The translations under genes and the position numbers were made by a program. A stretch of DNA of 64,000 nucleotides from Eledone cirrhosa. Taxonomy: Eukaryota. The notes below the pieces were generated by a model. It ran no database searches. It saw only the letters and a list, made by a program, of their open reading frames with translations, and was not told the origin of the DNA. The stretch spans positions 29,760,001 to 29,824,000 of the forward strand of contig OZ024760.1 of NCBI GenBank assembly GCA_964016885.1, written 5' to 3'. Below, in pieces: positions 12,302 through 26,526 of the stretch (within the stretch, counting starts at the first letter, position 1; every line of letters starts with the position of its first letter).

Positions 12302-13049
12302 GTTTGTAATGTAATGTAATGTAATGTAATTTTTAATGTAACGTAATGTAATTTAATGTAATGTAATGTGTAATGTAATGTAATGTAATGAAAATGTAAT
12401 GTAATGTGTAATGTAATGTGTAATGTAATGTGTAATGTAATGTAATGTAATGTGTAATGTAATGTAATGTAATGTAATGTAATGTTTAATGTAGTGTAAT
12501 GTAATGTAATGTAATGTAATGTAATGTTTAATGTAATGTAATGTAATGTAATGTAATTTTGAATGTAATGTAATGTAATGTAATGTAATGTAATGTAATG
12601 TAATGTAATGTAGTGTAATGTAATGAAATGTAATGTAATGTGTAATGTAATGTAATGTAATGTAATGTAATGTAATGTAATGTGTAATGTAATGTAATGT
12701 AATGTAATGTGTAATGAGATGTAATGTAATGTAATGTATTGTTTAATGTAATGTAATGTGTAATATAATGTAATGTAATGTAATATAATGTAATGTAATG
12801 TGTAATGTAATGTAATGTAATGTAATGTAATGTAATGTGTAATGTAATGTAATGTAATTTAATGTAATGTAATGTAATGTAATGTAATGTAATGTAATGT
12901 AATGTAATGTAATGTAATGTAATGTAATGTAATGTAATGTAATGTAATGTTTAATGAGATGTAATGTAATGTAATGTAGTGTTTAATGTAATGTAACGTG
13001 TAATATAATGTAATGTAATGTAATGTGTAATGTAATGTAATATAATGTA

Positions 13050-15630
13050 ATGTAATGTAATGTAATGTAATGTAATGTAATGTAATGTAATGTAATGTGT
13101 AATGTAATGTAATGTAATGTAATGTAATGTAATGTAATGTAATGAAATGTGTAATGTAATGTAATGTAATGTAATGTAATGTAATGTAATGTAATGTGTA
13201 ATGTAATGTAATGTAATGTAATGTAATGTAATCTGTAATGTAATTTAATGTAATGTAATGTAATGTAATGTAATGTAATGTAATGTAATGTGTAATGTAA
13301 TGTAATGTAATGTAAAGTAATGTGTAATGTAATGTAATGCAATGTAATGTAATGTAATGTAATGTAATGTAATGTAATGTAATGTAATGTAATGTAATGT
13401 AATGTAATGTAATGTAATATAATGTAATGTAATGTGTTATGTAATGTAATGTAATGTAATGTAATGTAATGTAATGTGTAATGTAATGTAATGTAATGTA
13501 ATGTAATGTAATGTAATGTAATGTGTGATGTAATGTAATGTAATGTAATGTAATGTGTAATGTAATGTAATGTAATGTAATGTAATGTAATGTGTAATGT
13601 AATGTAATGTAATGTAATGTAATGTGTAATGTAATGTAATGTAATGTAATGTAATGTAATGTAAAATGTAATGTAATGTAATGTAATGTGTAATGTAATG
13701 TAATGTAATGTAATGTAATGTAATGTAATGTAATGTGTAATGTAATGTAATGTGTAATGTAATGTAATGTAATGTAATGTATTGTAATGTAATATGTAAT
13801 GTAATGTAATGTAATGTAATGTGGAATGTAATGTAATGTAATGTAGTGTGTAATGTAATGTAATGTGTAATTTAATGTACTGTAATGTAATGTAATGTAA
13901 TGTAATGTAATGTGTAATGTAATGTGTAATGTAATGTAATGTAATGTAATGTAATATAATGTGTAATGTATTGTAATATAATTTGTAATGTAATGTAATG
14001 TAATGTAATTTAATGTAATGTAATGTAATGTGTAATGTAATGTGTAATGTAATGTAATGTAACGTAATGTGTAATGTAATGTAATGTAATGTAATGTAAT
14101 GTAATGTAATGTGTAATGTAATGTAATGTAATGTAATGTGTAATGTAATGTACTGTAATGTAATGTAATTTAATGTAATGTAATGTAATGTGTAATGTAA
14201 TGTAATGTGTAATGTAATGTAATGTGTAATGTAATGTAATGTAATGTAATGTCATGTAATGTGTAATGTAATGTAATGTAATGTAATGTAATGTGTAATG
14301 TAATATAATGTAATGCAATGCAATGTAATGAATGTAATGTAATGTAATGTAATGTAATGTAATGTAATGTAATGTAATGTAATGTAATGTAATGTAATGT
14401 AATGTAATGTAATGAAATGTGTAATGTAATGTAATGTAATGTAATGTAATGTAATGTAATGTAATGTAATGTGTAATGTAATGTAATGTAATGTAATGTA
14501 ATGTAATCTGTAATGTAATTTAATGTAATGTAATGTAATGTAATGTAATGTAATGTAATGTAATGTGTAATGTAATGTAATGTAATGTAATGTAATGTAA
14601 AGTAATGTGTAATGTAATGTAATGCAATGTAATGTAATGTAATGTAATGTAATGTAATGTAATGTAATGTAATGTAATGTAATGTAATGTAATGTAATGT
14701 AATGTAATGTGTTATGTAATGTAATGTAATGTAATGTAATGTAATGTAATGTAATGTAATGTGTAATGTAATGTAATGTAATGTAATGTAACGTGTAATG
14801 TAATGTAATGTAATGTAATGTGTAATGTAATGTAATGTAATGTAATGTAATGTGTAATGTAATGTAATGTAATGTAATGTAATGTAATGTGTAATGTAAT
14901 GTAATGTAATGTAATGTGTAATGTAATGTAATGTAATGTAATGTAATGTAATGTAAAATGTAATGTAATGTAATGTAATGTGTAATGTAATGTAATGTAA
15001 TGTAATGTAATGTAATGTAATGTGTAATGTAATGTAATGTGTAATGTAATGTAATGTAATGTAATGTATTGTAATGTAATATGTAATGTAATGTAATGTA
15101 ATGTAATGTGGAATGTAATGTAATGTAATGTAGTGTGTAATGTAATGTAATGTGTAATTTAATGTACTGTAATGTAATGTAATGTAATGTAATGTAATGT
15201 GTAATGTAATGTGTAATGTAATGTAATGTAATGTAATGTAATATAATGTGTAATGTATTGTAATGTAATGTGTAATGTAATGTAATGTAATGTAATTTAA
15301 TGTAATGTAATGTAATGTGTAATGTAATGTGTAATGTAATGTAATGTAACGTAATGTGTAATGTAATGTAATGTAATGTAATGTAATGTAATGTAATGTA
15401 ATGTGTAATGTAATGTAATGTAATGTAATGTAATGTGTAATGTAATGTACTGTAATGTAATGTAATTTAATGTAATGTAATGTAATGTGTAATGTAATGT
15501 AATGTGTAATGTAATGTAATGTGTAATGTAATGTAATGTAATGTAATGTCATGTAATGTGTAATGTAATGTAATGTAATGTAATGTGTAATGTAATATAA
15601 TGTAATGCAATGCAATGTAATGAATGTAAT
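13050..15630. repeat. Tandem duplication of about 1.27-1.29 kb
   Basis: GAAATGTG at 13144 and 14414, GTGGAATG near 13821 and 15107, and GCAATGCAATGTAATGAATG near 14315 and 15606. Boundaries are approximate. Confidence 0.7.
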
Positions 15631-18600
15631 GTAATGTAATGTAATGTAATGTAATGTAATGTAATGTAATGTAATGTAATGTAATGTAATGTAATGTAAT
15701 GTAATGTAATGTAATGTAATGTGTAATGTAATGTAATTTAATGTAATGTAATGTAATGTAATGTAATGTAATGTAATGTAATGTGTAATGTAAAGTAATG
15801 TAATGTAACGTGTAATGTAATGTAATGTAATGTAATGTGTAATGTAATGTAATGTAATGTAATGTAATGTAATGTAATGTGTAATGTAATGTAATGTAAT
15901 GTAATGTAATGTAATGTAATGTGTAATGTAATGTAATGTAATGTAATGTAATGTAAAATGTAATGTAATGTAATGTAATGTGTAATGTAATGTAATGTAA
16001 TGTAATGTAATGTAATGTAATGTGTAATGTAATGTAATGTAATGTGTAATGTAATGTAATGTAATGTAATGTAATGTATTGTAATGTAATATGTAATGTA
16101 ATGTAATGTAATGTAATGTAATGTGGAATGTAATGTAATGTAATGTAGTGTGTAATGTAATGTAATGTGTAATTTAATGTACTGTAATGTAATGTAATGT
16201 AATGTAATGTAATGTAATGTGTAATGTAATGTGTAATGTAATGTAATGTAATGTAATGTAATATAATGTGTAATGTAATGTAATGTAATGTGTAATGTAA
16301 TGTAATGTAATGTAATTTAATGTAATGTAATGTAATGTGTAATGTAATGTGTAATGTAATGTAATGTAATGTAATGTAATGTAATATAATGTGTAATGTA
16401 ATGTAATGTAATGTGTAATGTAATGTAATGTAATGTAATGTAATGTAATGTGTAATGTAATGTAATGTAATGTAATGTAATGTGTAATGTAATGTAATGT
16501 AATGTAATGTAATTTAATGTAATGTAATGTAATATGTAATGTAATGTAATGTAATGTGTAATGTAATGTAATGTGTAATGTAATGTAATGTAATGTAATG
16601 TCATGTAATGTGTAATGTAATGTAATGTAACGTAATGTAATGTAATGTAATGTAATGTGTAATGTAATGTGTAATGTAATGTAATGTAATGTAATGTAAA
16701 GTAATATATGTAATGCAATGTAATGTAATGTAATCTAATGTAATGTAATGTAATGTGTAATGTAATGTAATGTAATATAATGTAATGTTATGTAATGTAA
16801 CGTAATGTAATGTAATGTAATGTAATGTGTAATGTAATGTAATGTAATGTAATGTAATGTAATGTAATGTAATGTGTAAGGTAATGTAATGTAATGTAAG
16901 GTAATGTAATGTAATGTAATGTGTAATGTGTAATGTAATGTAATGTGTAATGTGAAATGTAATGTAATGTAATGTAATGTTTAATTTAATGTAATGTAAT
17001 GTGTAATGTAATGTAATGTAATGTAATGTAATGTAATGTAATGTGTAATGTAATGTAATGTAATGTAATGTAATGTTTAATGTAGTGTAATGTAACGTAA
17101 TGTAATGTAATGTTTAATGTAATGTAATGTAATGTAATGTAATTTTGAATGTAATGTAATGTAATGTAATGTAATGTAATGTAATGTAATGTAATGTAAT
17201 GTAATGTAATGTAGTGTAATGTAATGAAATGTAATGTAATGTGTAATGTAATGTAATGTAATGTAATGTAATGTAATGTGTAATGTAATGTAATGTAATG
17301 TGTAATGAGATGTAATGTAATGTAATGTAATGTTTAATGTAATGTAATGTGTAATATAATGTAATGTAAAGTAATGTGTAATGTAATGTAATATAATGTA
17401 ATGTAATGTGTAATGTAATGTAATGTAATGTAATGTAATGTAATGTAATGTGTAATGTAATGTAATGTAATGTAATGTAATGTAATGTAATTTAATTTAA
17501 TGTAATGTAATGTAATGTAATGTAATGTAATGTAATGTAATGTAATGTAATGTAATGTAATGTAATGTAATGTGTAATGTAATGTAATGTAATGTAATGT
17601 AATGTAATGTAATGTTTAATGAGATGTAATGTAACGTAATGTAATGTTTAATGTAATGTAATGTGTAATATAATGTAATGTAATGTAATGTGTAATGTAA
17701 TGTAATATAATGTAATGTAATGTAATGTAATGTAATGTGTAATTTAATGTAATGTAATGTAATGTAATGTAATGTAATGTAATGTAATGTAAAATGTAAT
17801 GTAATGTAATGTAATGTAATGTAATGTAATGTAATGTGTAATGTAATGTAATGTAATGTAATGTAATCTGTAATGTAATTTAATGTAATGTAATGTAATG
17901 TAATGTAATGTAATGTAATGTAATGTAATGTGTAATGTAATGTAATGTAATGTAATGTAATGTAATGTAAAGTAATGTGTAATGTAATGTAATGTAATGT
18001 AATGTAATGTAATATAATGTAATGTAATGTAATGTAATGTAATGTAATGTAATGTAAAATGTAATGTAATGTAATGTAATGTAATGTAATGTAATGTAAT
18101 GTAATGTAATGTAATGTGTACTGTAATGTAATGTAATGTAATGTAATCTGTAATGTAATTTAATGTAATGTAATGTAATGTAATGTAATGTAATGTAATG
18201 TAATGTAATGTAATGTAAAGTAATGTGTAATGTAATGTAATGTAATGTAATGTAATGTAATATAATGTAATGTAATGTAATGTAATGTAATGTAATGTAA
18301 CGTGTAATGTAATGTAATGTAATGTAATGTAATGTGTAATGTAATGTAATGTAATGTAATGTAATGTAATGTAATGTAATGTAATGTGTAATGTAATGTA
18401 ATGTAATGTAATGTATAATGTAATGCAATGTAATGTGTAATGTAATGTAATGTAATGTAATGTAATGTAATGTAATGTAATGTAATGTAATGTAATGTGT
18501 AATGTAATGTAATGTAATGTGTAATGTAATGTAATGTAATGTATTGTAATGTAATATGTAATGTAATGTAATGTGTAATGTAATGTAATGTAATGTAGTG

Positions 18601-19888
18601 TGTAATGTAATGTAATGTGTAATTTAATGTACTGTAATGTAATGTAATGTAATGTAATGTGTAATGTAATGTGTAATGTAATGTAATGTAATGTAATGTA
18701 ATATAATGTGTAATGTAATGTAGTGTGTAATGTAATGTAATGTAATGTAATTTAATGTAATGTAATGTAATGCGTAATGTAATGTAACGTAATGTAATGT
18801 GTAATGTAATGTAATGTAATGTAATGTAATGTAATGTAATGTGTAATGTAATGTAATGTAATGTAATGTAATGTGTAATGTAATGTAATGTAATGTAATG
18901 TAATTTAATGTAATGTAATGTGTAATGTAATGTAATGTAATGTGTAATGTAATGTAATGTGTAATGTAATGTAATGTAATGTGTAATGTAATGTAATGTC
19001 ATGTAATGTGTAATGTAATGTAATGTAATGTAATGTAATGTAATGTAATGTAATGTAATGTGTAATGTAATGTGTAATGTAATGTAATGTAATGTAATGT
19101 AAAGTAATATATGTAATGCAATGTAATGTAATGTAATCTAACGTAATGTAATGTAATGTGTAATGTAATGTAATGTGTAATGTAATGTAATGTAATGTAA
19201 TGTAATGTGTAATGTAATGTAATGTGTAATGTAATGTAATGTGTAATGTAATGTAATATAATGTAATGTAATGTAATGTAATATGTAATGTAATGTAATG
19301 TAATGTAATGTGTAATGTAATGTAATGTAATGTAATGTAATGTAATGTAATGTGTAAGGTAATGTAATGTAAGGTAATGTAATGTGTAATGTGTAATGTA
19401 ATGTAATGTGTAATGTGAAATGTAATGTAATGTAATGTAATGTGTAATTTAATGTAATGTGTAATGTAATGTAATGTAATGTAATGTAATGTAATGTAAT
19501 GTGTAATGTAATGTAATGTAGTGTGTAATGTAATGTAATGTAATGTGTAATGTAATGTAATGTGTAATGTAATGTAATGTAATGTGTAATGTAATGTAAT
19601 GTAATATAATGTAATATAATGTAATGTAATGTGTAATGAAATGTAATGTAATGTAATGTGTAATGTAATGTAATATAATGTAATGTGTAAGGTAATGTAA
19701 TGTAATGTAATGTAATGTAATGTAATGTGTAATATAATGTAATGTAATGTAATGGGTAATGTAATGTAATGTAATGTAATTTGTAATGTAATGTAATGTA
19801 ATGTAATGTAATGTGTAATGTAATGTAATGTGTAGTGTAATGTAATGTAACGTGTAATGTAATGTAATGTATTGTAATGTAATGTAAT

Positions 19889-20064
19889 TGTTTCTAATTT
19901 AGGCAGCAATTACCCTGTGCATTACTGGTACTTTATTTTATCGACCCCGTAAGGATGAAAAGCAAAGTCAACCTCGGTGGGATTTGAACTCAGATCGTAA
20001 AGGGACGTAACTATGCTGGAAAGCATGGCGTCCGACCCTCTACCGATACTGCCAATCCACCGCC
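19889..20064 (-). mobile_element. SINE copy 7 (lineage A, deleted form)
   Basis: Same sequence and flanks as copy 1. Confidence 0.9.
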
Positions 20065-23000
20065 GTTTGTAATGTAATGTAATGTAATGTAATTTTTAAT
20101 GTAACGTAATGTAATTTAATGTAATGTAATGTGTAATGTAATGTAATGTAATGAAAATGTAATGTAATGTGTAATGTAATGTGTAATGTAATGTGTAATG
20201 TAATGTAATGTAATGTAATGTGTAATGTAATGTAATGTAATGTAATGTAATGTAATGTTTAATGTAGTGTAATGTAATGTAATGTAATGTAATGTAATGT
20301 TTAATGTAATGTGATGTAATGTAATATAATTTTGAATGTAATGTAATGTAATGTAATGTAATGTAATGTAATGTAATGTAATGTAATGTAGTGTAATGTA
20401 ATGAAATGTAATGTAATGTGTAATGTAATGTAATGTAATGTAATGTAATGTAATGTGTAATGTAATGTAATGTAATGTAATGTGTAATGAGATGTAATGT
20501 AATGTAATGTATTGTTTAATGTAATGTAATGTGTAATATAATGTAATGTAATGTAATGTGTAATGTAATGTAATATAATGTAATGTAATGTGTAATGTAA
20601 TGTAATGTAATGTAATGTAATGTGTAATGTAATGTAATGTAATGTAATGTAATGTAATGTAATGTAATGTAATGTAATGTAATGTAATGTGTAATGTAAT
20701 GTAATGTAATGTAATGTAATGTAATGTTTAATGAGATGTAATGTAATGTAATGTAATGTAATGTTTAATGTAATGTAACGTGTAATATAATGTAATGTAA
20801 TGTAATGTGTAATGTAATGTAATATAATGTAATGTAATGTAATGTAATGTAATGTAATGTAATGTAATGTAATGTGTAATGTAATGTAATGTAATGTAAT
20901 GTAATGTAATGTAATGAAATGTGTAATGTAATGTAATGTAATGTAATGTAATGTAATGTAATGTGTAATGTAATGTAATGTAATGTAATGTAATGTAATC
21001 TGTAATGTAATTTAATGTAATGTAATGTAATGTAATGTAATGTAATGTAATGTAATGTGTAATGTAATGTAATGTAATGTAAAGTAATGTGTAATGTAAT
21101 GTAATGCGATGTAATGTAATGTAATGTAATGTAATGTAATGTAATGTAATGTAATGTAATGTAATGTGTTATGTAATGTAATGTAATGTAATGTAATGTA
21201 ATGTAATGTAATGTGTAATGTAATGTAATGTAATGTAACGTGTAATGTAATGTAATGTAATGTAATGTAATGTGTAATGTAATGTAATGTAATGTAATGT
21301 AATGTAATGTAATGTGTAATGTAATGTAATGTAATGTAATGTAATGTAATGTAATGTGTAATGTAATGTAATGTAATGTAATGTAATGTAATGTGTAATG
21401 TAATGTAATGTAATGTAATGTAATGTAAAATGTAATGTAATGTAATGTAATGTGTAATGTAATGTAATGTAATGTAATGTAATGTAATGTAATGTGTAAT
21501 GTAATGTGTAATGTAATGTAATGTAATGTAATGTATTGTAATGTAATATGTAATGTAATGTAATGTAATGTAATGTGGAATGTAATGTAATGTAATGTAG
21601 TGTGTAATGTAATGTAATGTGTAATTTAATGTACTGTAATGTAATGTAATGTAATGTAATGTGTAATGTAATGTGTAATGTAATGTAATGTAATGTAATG
21701 TAATATAATGTGTAATGTAATGTAATGTAATGTGTAATGTAATGTAATGTAATGTAATTTAATGTAATGTAATGTAATGTGTAATGTAATGTGTAATGTA
21801 ATGTAATGTAACGTAATGTGTAATGTAATGTAATGTAATGTAATGTAATGTAATGTAATGTAATGTGTAATGTAATGTAATGTAATGTAATGTAATGTGT
21901 AATGTAATGTACTGTAATGTAATGTAATTTAATGTAATGTAATGTAATGTGTAATGTAATGTAATGTGTAATGTAATGTAATGTGTAATGTAATGTAATG
22001 TAATGTAATGTCATGTAATGTGTAATGTAATGTAATGTAATGTAATGTGTAATGTAATATAATGTAATGCAATGCAATGTAATGAATGTAATGTAATGTA
22101 ATGTAATGTAATGTAATGTAATGTAATGTAATGTAATGTAATGTAATGTAATGTAATGTAATGTAATGTAATGTAATGTAATGTGTAATGTAATGTAATT
22201 TAATGTAATGTAATGTAATGTAATGTAATGTAATGTAATGTAATGTGTAATGTAAAGTAATGTAATGTAACGTGTAATGTAATGTAATGTAATGTAATGT
22301 GTAATGTAATGTAATGTAATGTAATGTAATGTAATGTAATGTGTAATGTAATGTAATGTAATGTAATGTAATGTAATGTAATGTGTAATGTAATGTAATG
22401 TAATGTAATGTAATGTAAAATGTAATGTAATGTAATGTAATGTGTAATGTAATGTAATGTAATGTAATGTAATGTAATGTAATGTGTAATGTAATGTAAT
22501 GTAATGTGTAATGTAATGTAATGTAATGTAATGTAATGTATTGTAATGTAATATGTAATGTAATGTAATGTAATGTAATGTAATGTGGAATGTAATGTAA
22601 TGTAATGTAGTGTGTAATGTAATGTAATGTGTAATTTAATGTACTGTAATGTAATGTAATGTAATGTAATGTAATGTAATGTGTAATGTAATGTGTAATG
22701 TAATGTAATGTAATGTAATGTAATATAATGTGTAATGTAATGTAATGTAATGTGTAATGTAATGTAATGTAATGTAATTTAATGTAATGTAATGTAATGT
22801 GTAATGTAATGTGTAATGTAATGTAATGTAATGTAATGTAATGTAATATAATGTGTAATGTAATGTAATGTAATGTGTAATGTAATGTAATGTAATGTAA
22901 TGTAATGTAATGTGTAATGTAATGTAATGTAATGTAATGTAATGTGTAATGTAATGTAATGTAATGTAATGTAATTTAATGTAATGTAATGTAATATGTA

Positions 23001-26000
23001 ATGTAATGTAATGTAATGTGTAATGTAATGTAATGTGTAATGTAATGTAATGTAATGTAATGTCATGTAATGTGTAATGTAATGTAATGTAACGTAATGT
23101 AATGTAATGTAATGTAATGTGTAATGTAATGTGTAATGTAATGTAATGTAATGTAATGTAAAGTAATATATGTAATGCAATGTAATGTAATGTAATCTAA
23201 TGTAATGTAATGTAATGTGTAATGTAATGTAATGTAATATAATGTAATGTTATGTAATGTAACGTAATGTAATGTAATGTAATGTAATGTGTAATGTAAT
23301 GTAATGTAATGTAATGTAATGTAATGTAATGTAATGTGTAAGGTAATGTAATGTAATGTAAGGTAATGTAATGTAATGTAATGTGTAATGTGTAATGTAA
23401 TGTAATGTGTAATGTGAAATGTAATGTAATGTAATGTAATGTTTAATTTAATGTAATGTAATGTGTAATGTAATGTAATGTAATGTAATGTAATGTAATG
23501 TAATGTGTAATGTAATGTAATGTAATGTAATGTAATGTTTAATGTAGTGTAATGTAACGTAATGTAATGTAATGTTTAATGTAATGTAATGTAATGTAAT
23601 GTAATTTTGAATGTAATGTAATGTAATGTAATGTAATGTAATGTAATGTAATGTAATGTAATGTAATGTAATGTAGTGTAATGTAATGAAATGTAATGTA
23701 ATGTGTAATGTAATGTAATGTAATGTAATGTAATGTAATGTGTAATGTAATGTAATGTAATGTGTAATGAGATGTAATGTAATGTAATGTAATGTTTAAT
23801 GTAATGTAATGTGTAATATAATGTAATGTAAAGTAATGTGTAATGTAATGTAATATAATGTAATGTAATGTGTAATGTAATGTAATGTAATGTAATGTAA
23901 TGTAATGTAATGTGTAATGTAATGTAATGTAATGTAATGTAATGTAATGTAATTTAATTTAATGTAATGTAATGTAATGTAATGTAATGTAATGTAATGT
24001 AATGTAATGTAATGTAATGTAATGTAATGTAATGTGTAATGTAATGTAATGTAATGTAATGTAATGTAATGTAATGTTTAATGAGATGTAATGTAACGTA
24101 ATGTAATGTTTAATGTAATGTAATGTGTAATATAATGTAATGTAATGTAATGTGTAATGTAATGTAATATAATGTAATGTAATGTAATGTAATGTAATGT
24201 GTAATTTAATGTAATGTAATGTAATGTAATGTAATGTAATGTAATGTAATGTAAAATGTAATGTAATGTAATGTAATGTAATGTAATGTAATGTAATGTG
24301 TAATGTAATGTAATGTAATGTAATGTAATCTGTAATGTAATTTAATGTAATGTAATGTAATGTAATGTAATGTAATGTAATGTAATGTAATGTGTAATGT
24401 AATGTAATGTAATGTAATGTAATGTAATGTAAAGTAATGTGTAATGTAATGTAATGTAATGTAATGTAATGTAATATAATGTAATGTAATGTAATGTAAT
24501 GTAATGTAATGTAATGTAAAATGTAATGTAATGTAATGTAATGTAATGTAATGTAATGTAATGTAATGTAATGTAATGTGTACTGTAATGTAATGTAATG
24601 TAATGTAATCTGTAATGTAATTTAATGTAATGTAATGTAATGTAATGTAATGTAATGTAATGTAATGTAATGTAATGTAAAGTAATGTGTAATGTAATGT
24701 AATGTAATGTAATGTAATGTAATATAATGTAATGTAATGTAATGTAATGTAATGTAATGTAACGTGTAATGTAATGTAATGTAATGTAATGTAATGTGTA
24801 ATGTAATGTAATGTAATGTAATGTAATGTAATGTAATGTAATGTAATGTGTAATGTAATGTAATGTAATGTAATGTATAATGTAATGCAATGTAATGTGT
24901 AATGTAATGTAATGTAATGTAATGTAATGTAATGTAATGTAATGTAATGTAATGTAATGTGTAATGTAATGTAATGTAATGTGTAATGTAATGTAATGTA
25001 ATGTATTGTAATGTAATATGTAATGTAATGTAATGTGTAATGTAATGTAATGTAATGTAGTGTGTAATGTAATGTAATGTGTAATTTAATGTACTGTAAT
25101 GTAATGTAATGTAATGTAATGTGTAATGTAATGTGTAATGTAATGTAATGTAATGTAATGTAATATAATGTGTAATGTAATGTAGTGTGTAATGTAATGT
25201 AATGTAATGTAATTTAATGTAATGTAATGTAATGCGTAATGTAATGTAACGTAATGTAATGTGTAATGTAATGTAATGTAATGTAATGTAATGTAATGTA
25301 ATGTGTAATGTAATGTAATGTAATGTAATGTAATGTGTAATGTAATGTAATGTAATGTAATGTAATTTAATGTAATGTAATGTGTAATGTAATGTAATGT
25401 AATGTGTAATGTAATGTAATGTGTAATGTAATGTAATGTAATGTGTAATGTAATGTAATGTCATGTAATGTGTAATGTAATGTAATGTAATGTAATGTAA
25501 TGTAATGTAATGTAATGTAATGTGTAATGTAATGTGTAATGTAATGTAATGTAATGTAATGTAAAGTAATATATGTAATGCAATGTAATGTAATGTAATC
25601 TAACGTAATGTAATGTAATGTGTAATGTAATGTAATGTGTAATGTAATGTAATGTAATGTAATGTAATGTGTAATGTAATGTAATGTGTAATGTAATGTA
25701 ATGTGTAATGTAATGTAATATAATGTAATGTAATGTAATGTAATATGTAATGTAATGTAATGTAATGTAATGTGTAATGTAATGTAATGTAATGTAATGT
25801 AATGTAATGTAATGTGTAAGGTAATGTAATGTAAGGTAATGTAATGTGTAATGTGTAATGTAATGTAATGTGTAATGTGAAATGTAATGTAATGTAATGT
25901 AATGTGTAATTTAATGTAATGTGTAATGTAATGTAATGTAATGTAATGTAATGTAATGTAATGTGTAATGTAATGTAATGTAGTGTGTAATGTAATGTAA

Positions 26001-26350
26001 TGTAATGTGTAATGTAATGTAATGTGTAATGTAATGTAATGTAATGTGTAATGTAATGTAATGTAATATAATGTAATATAATGTAATGTAATGTGTAATG
26101 AAATGTAATGTAATGTAATGTGTAATGTAATGTAATATAATGTAATGTGTAAGGTAATGTAATGTAATGTAATGTAATGTAATGTAATGTGTAATATAAT
26201 GTAATGTAATGTAATGGGTAATGTAATGTAATGTAATGTAATTTGTAATGTAATGTAATGTAATGTAATGTAATGTGTAATGTAATGTAATGTGTAGTGT
26301 AATGTAATGTAACGTGTAATGTAATGTAATGTATTGTAATGTAATGTAAT

Positions 26351-26526
26351 TGTTTCTAATTTAGGCAGCAATTACCCTGTGCATTACTGGTACTTTATTT
26401 TATCGACCCCGTAAGGATGAAAAGCAAAGTCAACCTCGGTGGGATTTGAACTCAGATCGTAAAGGGACGTAACTATGCTGGAAAGCATGGCGTCCGACCC
26501 TCTACCGATACTGCCAATCCACCGCC
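26351..26526 (-). mobile_element. SINE copy 8 (lineage A, deleted form)
   Basis: Same as copy 7 and exactly 6462 bp away, inside a tandem duplication. Confidence 0.9.

Larger units (their letters stand above)
1..12980. repeat. Higher-order repeat zone with variable 2-3 kb SINE-containing units
   Basis: An ordered series of rare variants (GTGCAATCT, GTCATG, AAAGTAATATATG, GTGAAATG, GGAATG, then the SINE) recurs. Lineage A SINE spacings are 2037, 3208, 2833 and 2322 bp, and identical ORF translations lie 3212 bp apart (4705 and 7917). Boundaries are approximate. Confidence 0.8.
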